Part shown: in pieces, positions 19,612-27,923 of the stretch
How the letters are laid out: the number at the start of each line of letters is the position of its first letter
Position numbering within the stretch: the first letter of the stretch is position 1
Virus record (IMG/VR): IMGVR_UViG_3300042564_002819
Span: 266,025-330,024 of that record
DNA length: 64,000 bases
Direction: 5' to 3' (one strand)
Notes under the pieces: model-generated
Told to the model about the DNA's origin: nothing
Database searches by the model: none
What the model saw: the letters and a program-made list of their open reading frames with translations, nothing else
Made by a program: the position numbers and the translations under genes

Positions 19612-19957
19612 AACACCAGCAGAAGGCATTCTAAAAACTACCGAATGGGGAGACAGCAAGTGGTATCACATTCGTTGTGAATGTGGCAGTGACGATTGCA
19701 GCCACGAACTAAATGTGGAAGCAGACGATGTTGAAGTTCAAGTTCACATCTATGTAAAGAATCGTACCAAGTGGTGGGAGCGGAATCGTTGGAAGCAAAT
19801 TTGGCAAATCCTTACTCGAGGATATGCAGAAATGCAAACAACAATTGTTTTGAAAGAACAAGTTGCCATCAATTATGCCGAGACTCTTAAGAGTGCAGTT
19901 GCAGATGTAAAACAATTCAAAGCCGATTACTGGGCAAAAAAGGAAGCGACAAAATGA
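19601..19957 (+). CDS. Hypothetical protein
   Basis: SD GGAGA; CECG motif. Confidence 0.65.
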   Translation: MKAETPAEGILKTTEWGDSKWYHIRCECGSDDCSHELNVEADDVEVQVHIYVKNRTKWWERNRWKQIWQILTRGYAEMQTTIVLKEQVAINYAETLKSAVADVKQFKADYWAKKEATK

Positions 19958-20163
19958 CCGAAGACGAAATACTTAAAAAAGCTGAAGAAATTAAAGCAGC
20001 TAGAGAAAAAGATAATAGAACTAAAAGTTTTAAAAATGGAACAAAGTTTTATGTTAGATGGGAGTGCAGATTTCAAGAATACGGTTGCTCTTCTGATCAA
20101 GTTGTAGTAAATTATAGTGATATTGAAGAACTTGTTCTTAGAAAATTAAAAGAACAAAATTAA
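19954..20163 (+). CDS. Hypothetical protein
   Basis: ATGA overlap. Confidence 0.55.
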   Translation: MTEDEILKKAEEIKAAREKDNRTKSFKNGTKFYVRWECRFQEYGCSSDQVVVNYSDIEELVLRKLKEQN

Positions 20164-20183
20164 ATTTCACATAGAGAAGAAAA

Positions 20184-20918
20184 ATGAAAATCAAGATCGG
20201 CCCGTATAAGAATTGGTTTGGCCCTTATCAGTTGGCTAAAATGATCATGTTTTGGGTTCCTGACGAAAAAGACGAGTACGGGTTTTCCCATACCGCTGAT
20301 CGTGTTCATAAGTTTGGTGAATGGCTTGCTCATGGTAGTATCCGCCCTGAGCCTGCTGTAGACGAAGTATATGACTTTGGCGACGAACGTCCTGACACTT
20401 GGATCTACCGACTGCTACTGTGGATTGATCGTAAGAAAAAGCGTAAGATCAAAGTTCATATCGATCGCTGGGATACCTGGGGCATGAGTGAGACTTTAGG
20501 CTACATTGTTCGTCCTATGCTTAAACAACTGAATGAAAATAAGCACGGTGCACCTTATGTTGACGACGAAGACGTTCCTGAGCATCTGCGTAGTACTGCG
20601 GCCCCTGAACTTTCGCAAGATAAAAAAGATACTGGTCACACCGATGACAATCATTTCAAGCGGTGGGATTGGGTCATGGACGAAATGATCTTTGCGTTTG
20701 AAAGTCTTGATGGCGGTGCTAATGCGGATTGGGAAGATCAGTTTACCACTGGAAAATATGATTATCGTCTTAAAAAACAAGACAACGGTACTAGTCTAAT
20801 GGTCCACGGTCCTAATCACACTGCTGAAACAGATTGGGAAGGTCGCAAAGCATATGCAGAACGTGTAGCAAATGGTTTCCGGCTGTTTGGTAAGTATTAC
20901 CAATCGCTTTGGGACTAA
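20184..20918 (+). CDS. Conserved-looking phage hypothetical protein
   Basis: IDRWDTW...RWDWVMDEMIFAF...GFRLFGKYYQSLWD. Confidence 0.75.
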   Translation: MKIKIGPYKNWFGPYQLAKMIMFWVPDEKDEYGFSHTADRVHKFGEWLAHGSIRPEPAVDEVYDFGDERPDTWIYRLLLWIDRKKKRKIKVHIDRWDTWGMSETLGYIVRPMLKQLNENKHGAPYVDDEDVPEHLRSTAAPELSQDKKDTGHTDDNHFKRWDWVMDEMIFAFESLDGGANADWEDQFTTGKYDYRLKKQDNGTSLMVHGPNHTAETDWEGRKAYAERVANGFRLFGKYYQSLWD

Positions 20919-20950
20919 AATACACATATAAAAACTTATAGGATTAAAAG

Positions 20951-21652
20951 ATGCAAAACATCGCAGTTAGCTGGGATATAATGTTTAATGAAGATACATC
21001 GAAAAATAAGAAAGAAGAAACAAAACTTATTACGTTTCATCACGATCCGTTAGCCTTTACTATAAAAATGGACAGTGACGGGATGAGTTTAGGAGAGATT
21101 CACACTGCACTTTTGCTTGCTAATACCACCGAAGTTGAACAGTGTTTTATCGATGAAGCAAGTAAAATACGTAGCTTTTTCAACCACTCGATCCTTCTAA
21201 GACGTCTTAAAAATGAATTTATTAGTTCATTTATGGAAATTGTTGAAGCACTTAACAACAATGTATACGTTGTAGATGAATCACACCTAAAAGCATTGGT
21301 AAAATTACCCGACTTTTTTAAAGAGTCAACCGAAACTAACATGCTGTTTGCAGAACACGTATCTTTAAGTATTAACCAACCATCTGGCGATTTGTCTGAT
21401 ACATGGAATTTTGTTAAGAAAATAAAAAGATCAAGCAAACACGAAAATCAATATCGTTATTATTTTACCAATGACAAAAAGCAGTTGCTTAGTTTTTTTG
21501 TAAATGTTTCGGACAGATCTTTTCCTGTATGGAATTATATTGCAAGCAGCGGGCCTGTTGGTATAAAAGGATATGCCTATCCTAATAAACAACCAGGGCA
21601 CGACTTTATTTTTTACAAGATGAGTAACTATGAATTTTATCCCGTCCGTTGA
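20951..21652 (+). CDS. Hypothetical protein
   Basis: Long ORF, SD AGGA. Confidence 0.65.
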   Translation: MQNIAVSWDIMFNEDTSKNKKEETKLITFHHDPLAFTIKMDSDGMSLGEIHTALLLANTTEVEQCFIDEASKIRSFFNHSILLRRLKNEFISSFMEIVEALNNNVYVVDESHLKALVKLPDFFKESTETNMLFAEHVSLSINQPSGDLSDTWNFVKKIKRSSKHENQYRYYFTNDKKQLLSFFVNVSDRSFPVWNYIASSGPVGIKGYAYPNKQPGHDFIFYKMSNYEFYPVR

Positions 21653-21872
21653 ACAACTTATAAGTTTAGCAAAAGAAGCAGAAATAACAGATCCGTTGAA
21701 CTGGGACTTGATCAAGGTTGACAAAGAAACAGTTTATAGTATTATGGCTTCAAATGTGCTAGAACAGTTTGCATCTTTAAAAGATGAAGAAAAATTAGTT
21801 ATAGCAATGGGAACTGTAACCAAGCTTTTGGTTGAAAATTTTTACTTACATATGAAAGAAAAACTAAAATGA
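21630..21872 (+). CDS. Hypothetical protein
   Basis: ORF chain. Confidence 0.6.
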   Translation: MNFIPSVEQLISLAKEAEITDPLNWDLIKVDKETVYSIMASNVLEQFASLKDEEKLVIAMGTVTKLLVENFYLHMKEKLK

Positions 21873-22276
21873 AAGTAGGATCTAGCCTTAGCCGGTGTGT
21901 GCGAGACATTTATGAAGGCACAGTTGACATTTATGATGTGCTAGTGATTGTTGCCCGTACAGATTTCGATCCCGAAGATGATCGTCATTGGAAATCGATC
22001 TGGAAAGGTTACGCTGGAGGCAACAGCACGGGCAGTCTGTATAGCCAGCCAGAATGGAGTGTTATTCCTGCAGAAGACGAATCTAAGGTTAGAGACATCT
22101 GTGTTCAACTTAAGAAGCTAGGCAAGTTGCATCAGCCTCGACAGTACGGTGCTCATCCTACAAGATTGAATCACTATTGGTATGATGTTATACTTACAGA
22201 TGACGTTGTAAATACAAATCCCGCAGCTAAGAAAGCATGGGATAATTATAAGACGATTGCTGGCCTTTCTAAATAA
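21869..22276 (+). CDS. Hypothetical protein
   Basis: ATGA overlap. Confidence 0.7.
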   Translation: MKVGSSLSRCVRDIYEGTVDIYDVLVIVARTDFDPEDDRHWKSIWKGYAGGNSTGSLYSQPEWSVIPAEDESKVRDICVQLKKLGKLHQPRQYGAHPTRLNHYWYDVILTDDVVNTNPAAKKAWDNYKTIAGLSK

Positions 22277-22374
22277 TTTTTTCAAAAAAGATAAATAAAA
22301 CTAGTTGACAGATAAATAAAGTTGTAGTAAGTTACTACTATAAGTTTAAAACAACATAAGAAAGACACATTGTA

Positions 22375-22467
22375 ATGAAACTCGCATATGAACATAAGTT
22401 TATGATTAGAAGCATTGAAAAATGCCGCGAGTATCGCTATGGCGTCTCGGAGGGTTCAGCTGTATGA
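22375..22467 (+). CDS. Putative attenuator leader peptide 1 (30 aa) for tRNA array 1
   Basis: MKLAYEHKFMIRSIEKCREYRYGVSEGSAV; contains GGAGGGTT (22449-22456) complementary to the terminator 5' arm. Confidence 0.7.
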   Translation: MKLAYEHKFMIRSIEKCREYRYGVSEGSAV

Positions 22468-22493
22468 TGTGATTAACACACATATAGATTTAC

Positions 22494-22526
22494 AAACCCT
22501 CCAGTAGCAATACTAGGAGGGTTTTT
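22494..22526 (+). terminator. Attenuator terminator 1
   Basis: AAACCCTCC-AGTAGCAATACT-A-GGAGGGTTTTT. Confidence 0.85.
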
Positions 22527-22727
22527 CATTATGTGCATATAGGAAACGAGGTCCTACTCAAAGCACTTTAAAAAACAGAGAAACGGGCGGGCTAGTGGAT
22601 GAAATGACCGGAGATAACGGCAGAGTAAAATACTAGCAGGTAATAGTAAAGCACACTCGTTCTGCCGGGCTGCGAACCCGGAATTGGACTGCATAGCGGA
22701 GAGTGTGTTTCACTATTACAAATAATT

Positions 22728-22814
22728 GGTCGGTGGCCCGGATGGTAAGGGGATGGACTGCAACTCCATAGCACTGCACGACAGTAATCAGTTCGATTCT
22801 GATACCGACCTCCA
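22728..22814 (+). tRNA. tRNA-Cys(GCA), long variable arm
   Basis: GGTCGGT/ACCGACC, ATGGA-CTGCAAC-TCCAT, U73, CCA. Confidence 0.85.
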
Positions 22815-22819
22815 CAATT

Positions 22820-22896
22820 GGTGCCGTAACTCAGTTGGTCAGAGTGCATCGCTCATAACGATGAAGTCGGTGGTTCAAATCCACCCGGCACCACCA
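22820..22896 (+). tRNA. tRNA-Met or Ile2 (CAT)
   Basis: CATCG-CTCATAA-CGATG; CCA. Confidence 0.9.
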
Positions 22897-22901
22897 AAAT
22901 T

Positions 22902-22978
22902 GGGACATTGGACTTCTTGGCGAAGGTCGCCGCCCTTTCAAGGCGGAGAAACGGGTTCGAAACCCGTATGTCCTACCA
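22902..22978 (+). tRNA. tRNA-Glu(TTC)
   Basis: CCGCC-CTTTCAA-GGCGG; CCA. Confidence 0.92.
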
Positions 22979-23019
22979 AAATAGATCAAGCCTAGTCGAT
23001 CTCGAAAATCACTAGGCCC

Positions 23020-23089
23020 GCTCCTGAGGATCAAGCCATCGGAAGGTTCGAGACTTCCTTTGCAGGGTCGTCACCTGCCAGGAGTAACA
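23020..23089 (+). ncRNA. Degenerate tRNA-like cloverleaf
   Basis: GCTCCTG/CAGGAGT stem, GGAAG-GTTCGAGA-CTTCC, GCAGG-GTCGTCA-CCTGC; no CCA. Confidence 0.45.
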
Positions 23090-23094
23090 TACAT

Positions 23095-23179
23095 GGGAGA
23101 GACGCCTCAAGGTGAGGCAGTGGATTGTAAATCCATCGCGGCAACGCACGGACGGGTTCGATTCCCTCCTCTCCCACCA
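23095..23179 (+). tRNA. tRNA-Tyr(GTA)
   Basis: GTGGA-TTGTAAA-TCCAT; variable arm; CCA. Confidence 0.92.
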
Positions 23180-23185
23180 AAATTA

Positions 23186-23261
23186 GGGTCTCTGGTATAG
23201 CTGGTGCGTACGGCTGCCTGAAGAGCAGTAGGACACGGTTCGATTCCGTGGGGACCCGCCA
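23186..23261 (+). tRNA. tRNA-Phe(GAA)
   Basis: GCTGC-CTGAAGA-GCAGT; CCA. Confidence 0.9.
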
Positions 23262-23296
23262 AGAATTATACTACCATAAACACGAAAGAAAATAAA

Positions 23297-23443
23297 ATGA
23301 AACTTGATCCGGAAGAAAGAATCTTCTTGACTGAAGAAGAATTGAAGCGTATACATGATGCTTGTGCTAATCCACCGGAACCAACAGACTATGTAAGACG
23401 CTATATTAACGCATATAGGAGAAAAAATGAAACGAAAACGTAA
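23297..23443 (+). CDS. 48-aa protein resembling the C-terminal half of DUF1778/TacA antitoxins
   Basis: MKLDPEERIFLTEEELKRIHDACANPPEPTDYVRRYINAYRRKNETKT (not in ORF track). Confidence 0.55.
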   Translation: MKLDPEERIFLTEEELKRIHDACANPPEPTDYVRRYINAYRRKNETKT

Positions 23444-23470
23444 CGCAGAAGATTATGACAAACGCAACAT

Positions 23471-23546
23471 GGACCGGTAGCTGAGGTGGTTTTAGCACCC
23501 GACTTTTAATCGGAGTACGTGGGTTCGAGTCCCACCCGGTCCACCA
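23471..23546 (+). tRNA. tRNA-Lys(TTT)
   Basis: CCGA-CTTTTAA-TCGG; CCA. Confidence 0.92.
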
Positions 23547-23665
23547 TAGTTTTGATGATACACTGACGCCGCGTGGTTACGGCTATACAACTAGGCTTAT
23601 CGCAACCTAATAACCATAGAGGGTTGAGTCGAGGTTGAGCAGTGTATCTTTTAAACTATGAATAT

Positions 23666-23741
23666 TGTTCCATAGCACAACTGGTTAGTGCAGGCGACTG
23701 ATAATCGTCAGATCTGAGTTCGAGTCTCGGTGGAACAACCA
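23666..23741 (+). tRNA. tRNA-Ile(GAT)
   Basis: GGCGA-CTGATAA-TCGTC; CCA. Confidence 0.92.
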
Positions 23742-23762
23742 AAATTAGTAGGAAGACAGCCA

Positions 23763-23942
23763 GTGGAAGAACAGGAATATTACGCACCGTGGGAATGGCA
23801 GCCGATCGAATTCATGCCTAACGGATGTAATGATGTTGTTGTAAGAGACCGTGAAGGCAACACTCGAGAATTGTGTTCATGCGATTACTGGTGGTTGTCA
23901 GCAGAAGATAAAAAGATTTACACATCTTTTAGATTTGTGTAA
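23763..23942 (+). CDS. Small hypothetical protein
   Basis: GTG start after the tRNA, SD AGGA. Confidence 0.45.
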   Translation: MEEQEYYAPWEWQPIEFMPNGCNDVVVRDREGNTRELCSCDYWWLSAEDKKIYTSFRFV

Positions 23943-23954
23943 TTTTAACATAAT

Positions 23955-24029
23955 GCCGTGCTTGGTGTAAGGGTAGCATACCGCACTGTGACTGCGTTGG
24001 AATAGGTTCAAATCCTATACACGGTACCA
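23955..24029 (+). tRNA. tRNA-His(GTG), no G-1
   Basis: CGCA-CTGTGAC-TGCG; G1:U72, A73. Confidence 0.88.
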
Positions 24030-24041
24030 ATACAAATTTAA

Positions 24042-24635
24042 TTATTGTACTTTTTTACTTAATACTCTGTATATGTCGTTATAGTTATTTTTATATTTCG
24101 ACTCATTGACAATTTCGTAGTTATATAATTGGTTTAATACCTTTAAACCATGTATTCCATCTTTAGTATCTAATTGATTGCATGTACCTATTACATGATC
24201 TGACAATGACAAACTATAATCAAATAGTTCTTCCCAAGTATTATTATATGGATACAGTTCTATAATTACCATTTGATGTTTTTTAGTGTAATTAAAAAAA
24301 TCACATTTCATAGCTGTGATGTTTGGGTAGTTGTGCATTGTGTTAAACAGTGCTAGGGTGTTTTGTTTTTTTAAAAACTTATCCGCACAAGTCATCTTAT
24401 GAAGATCACGCAACTCTTCGTATGTTTCAATATAGTGAAACGTATCTATTGCAGTAACATGTGTCTTTGGAAATGAACGACAAATTGCCGCAGCAACTCT
24501 GCCGCCAAATGTGCCAGCACACAAAACGTCACGTATATCATTGTTTGATATATGATCGCAAATATTAACTATTTCCTCGTATCCAGTCCAATTTGGAAAG
24601 TCCATTAGTATATTATATTTGCTTTTATATGACAT
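24042..24635 (-). CDS. Class I SAM-methyltransferase-like protein
   Basis: VLCAGTFGGR...VTAIDTF. Confidence 0.55.
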   Translation of the reverse strand: MSYKSKYNILMDFPNWTGYEEIVNICDHISNNDIRDVLCAGTFGGRVAAAICRSFPKTHVTAIDTFHYIETYEELRDLHKMTCADKFLKKQNTLALFNTMHNYPNITAMKCDFFNYTKKHQMVIIELYPYNNTWEELFDYSLSLSDHVIGTCNQLDTKDGIHGLKVLNQLYNYEIVNESKYKNNYNDIYRVLSKKVQ

Positions 24636-24691
24636 GTGATATTCCTTGTATAACTAAAACGTATTTATAAAACTTAAAATAAGAGAGATAA

Positions 24692-25123
24692 ATGATGAGC
24701 AAATATGACACATATAACAGATTAACCGAACCTGTAAAATCATTTGATGAACTACGCGGCCGTGCGTTAACTCGTGTTGAAAAAATCGGAAACGACGAAT
24801 TGCGTTTCTACTTAACAGATGAACATTATGTTCGTATGCATCACAATCAAGATTGTTGCGAATCAGTAACAATCGAGGATATTGTTGGTGATTTAGACGA
24901 TTTAGTCGGAACTCCGTTGCTGGTTGTCGAAGAACGTGTTTCTCGTAACGATGGCGGTACAGATGAACTGTATTGTGATTCATACACTTGGACATACTAC
25001 AGTTTTCGCACTATCAAAGGTAGTGTAGATATTCGTTGGTATGGAAGTAGCAATGGATACTATTCAGAAGGTGTTGACATTGACATTGTAACACCCGATG
25101 CAGAAAATCAAGTAGAAATCTAA
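24692..25123 (+). CDS. Conserved phage hypothetical protein
   Basis: HNQDCCESV...WTYY...RWYGSSNGYYSE. Confidence 0.75.
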   Translation: MMSKYDTYNRLTEPVKSFDELRGRALTRVEKIGNDELRFYLTDEHYVRMHHNQDCCESVTIEDIVGDLDDLVGTPLLVVEERVSRNDGGTDELYCDSYTWTYYSFRTIKGSVDIRWYGSSNGYYSEGVDIDIVTPDAENQVEI

Positions 25124-25192
25124 GGCCAAAGGCTTAGATCACATCAAGTTAAACTGTATTATTTCTATATACTGTCATTTTATAAATATTTT

Positions 25193-25705
25193 ATGAGGGT
25201 ATTACTAATAATAACGCTATTATTATCTCTTTCTGCTTGTGCTGATTTTAAGAAAATTCTTCGACCCGAACCTACACCAGAACCGATAAAAACAGCAATA
25301 GAAAAAGTAGGTTGGAACGAGCATCAAGACCGCAGAGAAATAAGAGAATTTACTGGTGTAGATCCAGTAAGTACACAATGGTGTGCTGCGTTTGTAAACG
25401 CAGTTCTTGAAGAAAATGGGTTACCTGGATCGGAGTTCTATAACGAAAATCCACTGTTAGCAAGAAGTTTTCTGTCCTGGGGTGTAGAGGTAGAAGAGCC
25501 CGAATACGGCGATATTGTAGTATTTGCTCGAGGCAATGAAGCTTGGAAGGGTCATGTTGGGTTTTATGTAACTTCGACATATTTAGAAGGTCAAAAACAC
25601 TACTTAGTTCTTGGCGGAAATCAAAACAACAGTGTCACATACAAAGCATATCCTACTCGTAGACTGCTTTCTGTAAGACGACTTACAACAGAAGATACTG
25701 AATAA
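25193..25705 (+). CDS. TIGR02594-type NlpC/P60 (CHAP-like) peptidoglycan hydrolase, lipoprotein
   Basis: Lipobox LSAC; WCAAFVN, ARSFLSWG, GDIVVF, GHVGF, LGGNQ; TATAAATA at 25181. Confidence 0.85.
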   Translation: MRVLLIITLLLSLSACADFKKILRPEPTPEPIKTAIEKVGWNEHQDRREIREFTGVDPVSTQWCAAFVNAVLEENGLPGSEFYNENPLLARSFLSWGVEVEEPEYGDIVVFARGNEAWKGHVGFYVTSTYLEGQKHYLVLGGNQNNSVTYKAYPTRRLLSVRRLTTEDTE

Positions 25706-25718
25706 AATTTAGTTTAAT

Positions 25719-25795
25719 GCTCTCGTAGCTCAATGGATTAGAGCGTCGGTCTACGAAACCGAAGGTTAGAGGTTCGAGTCCTCTCGAGAGTGCCA
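25719..25795 (+). tRNA. tRNA-Arg(ACG)
   Basis: TCGGT-CTACGAA-ACCGA; CCA. Confidence 0.93.
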
Positions 25796-25858
25796 AAATA
25801 CTAGTTGACACTGGCATAGACAAGTGTTATTGTGAGTGCAACAAGAAAGGAAATACAC

Positions 25859-26155
25859 ATGAATAAAATTCTAATTTCTGCACTTTTTGCCTTTGTTTCT
25901 ACTGCTGCTACTGCAAAAACAGTTTATTACCCCGAAGCTGCATGTAACGAAATTCTCAGCAGCGAATACAGCACTGGTGGGGGTGATTCCAGCTGGGAGA
26001 TGTACGAAATTCTTTGCCGTGACGCTAATGGAAAATACACTACCTTTGTTACCAGCTGGATGAGTGTTGCAGGGTTCTTTGGTATGGGTCGAGTTGCATA
26101 CGAAGAAACGATTGACCTTGTACCCTACAACGGTACTACATTGAAGGCTGAATAA
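25859..26155 (+). CDS. Secreted hypothetical protein
   Basis: Signal peptide; SD AAGGA; TTGACA upstream. Confidence 0.65.
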   Translation: MNKILISALFAFVSTAATAKTVYYPEAACNEILSSEYSTGGGDSSWEMYEILCRDANGKYTTFVTSWMSVAGFFGMGRVAYEETIDLVPYNGTTLKAE

Positions 26156-26156
26156 A

Positions 26157-26600
26157 ATGAAAATCGAATATCGTAAAGGCAACATGTTTGAAACTGACAT
26201 CCTGCATATTGCACATGGCTGCAATGCACAAGGTGTTATGGGATCTGGCGTTGCTAAGATTGTAAAAGAAGATTACTTTGATGCATATCGTTTCTACGCA
26301 GAACAGTACGACGAGCATGGACTTAAATTAGGAGATGTGCAGTTTGTTCCTGCAAACGGCAAAGTAATCATCAATGCTGTTACGCAGAATCTGTACGGCA
26401 AAGACGGTCGTCGTTTTGTTAATTACGAAGCAGTTGCAGAGTGCATGAGAACTATTAATAGTGTACTTAAGCAAAGTGGCGAAACTCATGTTGCTATGCC
26501 GCAAATTGGTGCCGGCCTTGGTGGCGGCGATTGGCGTGTGATTGAAGCAATCATTGAAAGCGAAATGACAGACATTCAACCTGTGGTGTATGTACTGTGA
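26157..26600 (+). CDS. Macrodomain (ADP-ribose binding/hydrolase) protein
   Basis: YRKGNMF, HGCNAQGVMGSGVA, MPQIGAGLGGGDW. Confidence 0.92.
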   Translation: MKIEYRKGNMFETDILHIAHGCNAQGVMGSGVAKIVKEDYFDAYRFYAEQYDEHGLKLGDVQFVPANGKVIINAVTQNLYGKDGRRFVNYEAVAECMRTINSVLKQSGETHVAMPQIGAGLGGGDWRVIEAIIESEMTDIQPVVYVL

Positions 26601-26771
26601 CAACACCCTTAGCAGATCAGAAGATATTCTCACTCAATGATCTCATTGAAATGGGTCTTATTACACGTAAACAGTTAGAAGATCACATCCGATACATGGA
26701 AGCAAAACAGTTAGTAAAAGAACTGTTTCCAGGAATGTTTTAAAAATAAAGAATAGGTAGCCGCGACTACC

Positions 26772-26903
26772 TTGGCTAGGAGACTATTTGCATTGTGCAT
26801 CGTGGGGCCTTTGTGTAGTAGACTGTTTCGTCTAACGGAGAGGACGCCGGTGGAGATCCGGAGATACAGGTTCGAGTCCTGTAGCAGTTTTGCTCCTAGC
26901 CAA
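26772..26903 (+). ncRNA. tRNA-like domain enclosed in a long stem (Y-RNA/YrlA-like candidate)
   Basis: TTGGCTAGGAG/CTCCTAGCCAA closing stem; inner cloverleaf with ACAGG-TTCGAGT-CCTGT. Confidence 0.5.
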
Positions 26904-26912
26904 AATAATTTA

Positions 26913-26988
26913 GCCTTCGTAGCTCAACTGGAAGAGCAAGGGATTTCTACTCCCTAGGTTGTGGGTTCGACTCCTGCCGGGGGCACCA
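26913..26988 (+). tRNA. tRNA-Arg(TCT)
   Basis: AGGGA-TTTCTAC-TCCCT; CCA. Confidence 0.92.
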
Positions 26989-27043
26989 AAAAAGCTGTTG
27001 ACACAGACTTGGCACTATGCTACAACAAGTTATTGAATAACAC

Positions 27044-27448
27044 ATGAGGAACACTGAGATGAAGACTGCTTACAAGAACCGTGACGGCGAATGGGTTGTG
27101 GCCGAGCAGATCAAGATGAGCCGGTATGACCTTGAAGGTTCGGTAGATTCGATTAAGGCTGCACTGGACGAGGTTCGCGACCGTGCTACCGCAATGGGTA
27201 TGGTGGGTGAAGGCACTGTTGACATCAGCCTGAACCGCGGCTTCTACTCGGACGACTACGAAATAGAAGTGGAATACTCCTTCACTCGGTATGAATACCC
27301 TGTGGAGATGGAGCGGCGTTTGGAGCGTGAGGCCAAGGATAAGGCTGCGGCTGCTGCCAAGCGTAAGGAAGCCGCCCAGAAGCGGAAACTCAAGAACGAT
27401 CCTGAGTATGTGGAGTTTGAACGGCTCCGGGCCAAGTTTGGTGGTTGA
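27044..27448 (+). CDS. Hypothetical protein (GC-richer, probably early)
   Basis: TTGACA promoter at ~26998; start may be ATG 27059. Confidence 0.7.
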   Translation: MRNTEMKTAYKNRDGEWVVAEQIKMSRYDLEGSVDSIKAALDEVRDRATAMGMVGEGTVDISLNRGFYSDDYEIEVEYSFTRYEYPVEMERRLEREAKDKAAAAAKRKEAAQKRKLKNDPEYVEFERLRAKFGG

Positions 27449-27504
27449 CAACACTCTCCTGCTGTGCTATAACAACAGCATAGGGCAACACGAGGAGAAA
27501 TCAA

Positions 27505-27852
27505 ATGCCTTGTAGAGTCAACGACGAAGACTGGAAACCGCGTAAAGAAACCCGCCACGGGATGGATATCGAATCTTTCGAAGCTACACTTTGCGGCGTC
27601 TTCACTGCTGCAGAGGAAGGCGCCTTTGCGCCTACGGTTGTTGGCGGAGTTGATGGCTTGCTGGATGTGATCGACTGGAAAGAAGCCGGAGTGAAACGCA
27701 AGACCGTTGAAGCATGGTGGAAGCGGCATAAGGCAGAAGATGCTGCCCGCCTTGCTCGCGAATCTGCTGAACGGCGTAAGGCTGAACTCAAGCGGATTGC
27801 GATCGGCAAACTCACTGCAGAAGAACTGGAAGTGTTGGGGATCAAACTCTAA
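27505..27852 (+). CDS. Hypothetical protein
   Basis: SD GAGGAG; TTGACA/TATAAC promoter. Confidence 0.75.
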   Translation: MPCRVNDEDWKPRKETRHGMDIESFEATLCGVFTAAEEGAFAPTVVGGVDGLLDVIDWKEAGVKRKTVEAWWKRHKAEDAARLARESAERRKAELKRIAIGKLTAEELEVLGIKL

Positions 27853-27923
27853 CACTTTCTGGTTGACATCCTACCTACACCGTGCTATGTATATTGTATA
27901 GGGCAACAAGAGGACAACCACAG

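Noticed and set aside
22494-22526. Plain constitutive terminator for the upstream operon
   Set aside because: It lies over 200 nt past the last gene, behind a new promoter and a uORF carrying a perfect anti-strand, and the same layout recurs at 55805.
22592-23034. Track ORFs overlapping tRNA array 1
   Set aside because: They overlap clear tRNA genes and are spurious translations.
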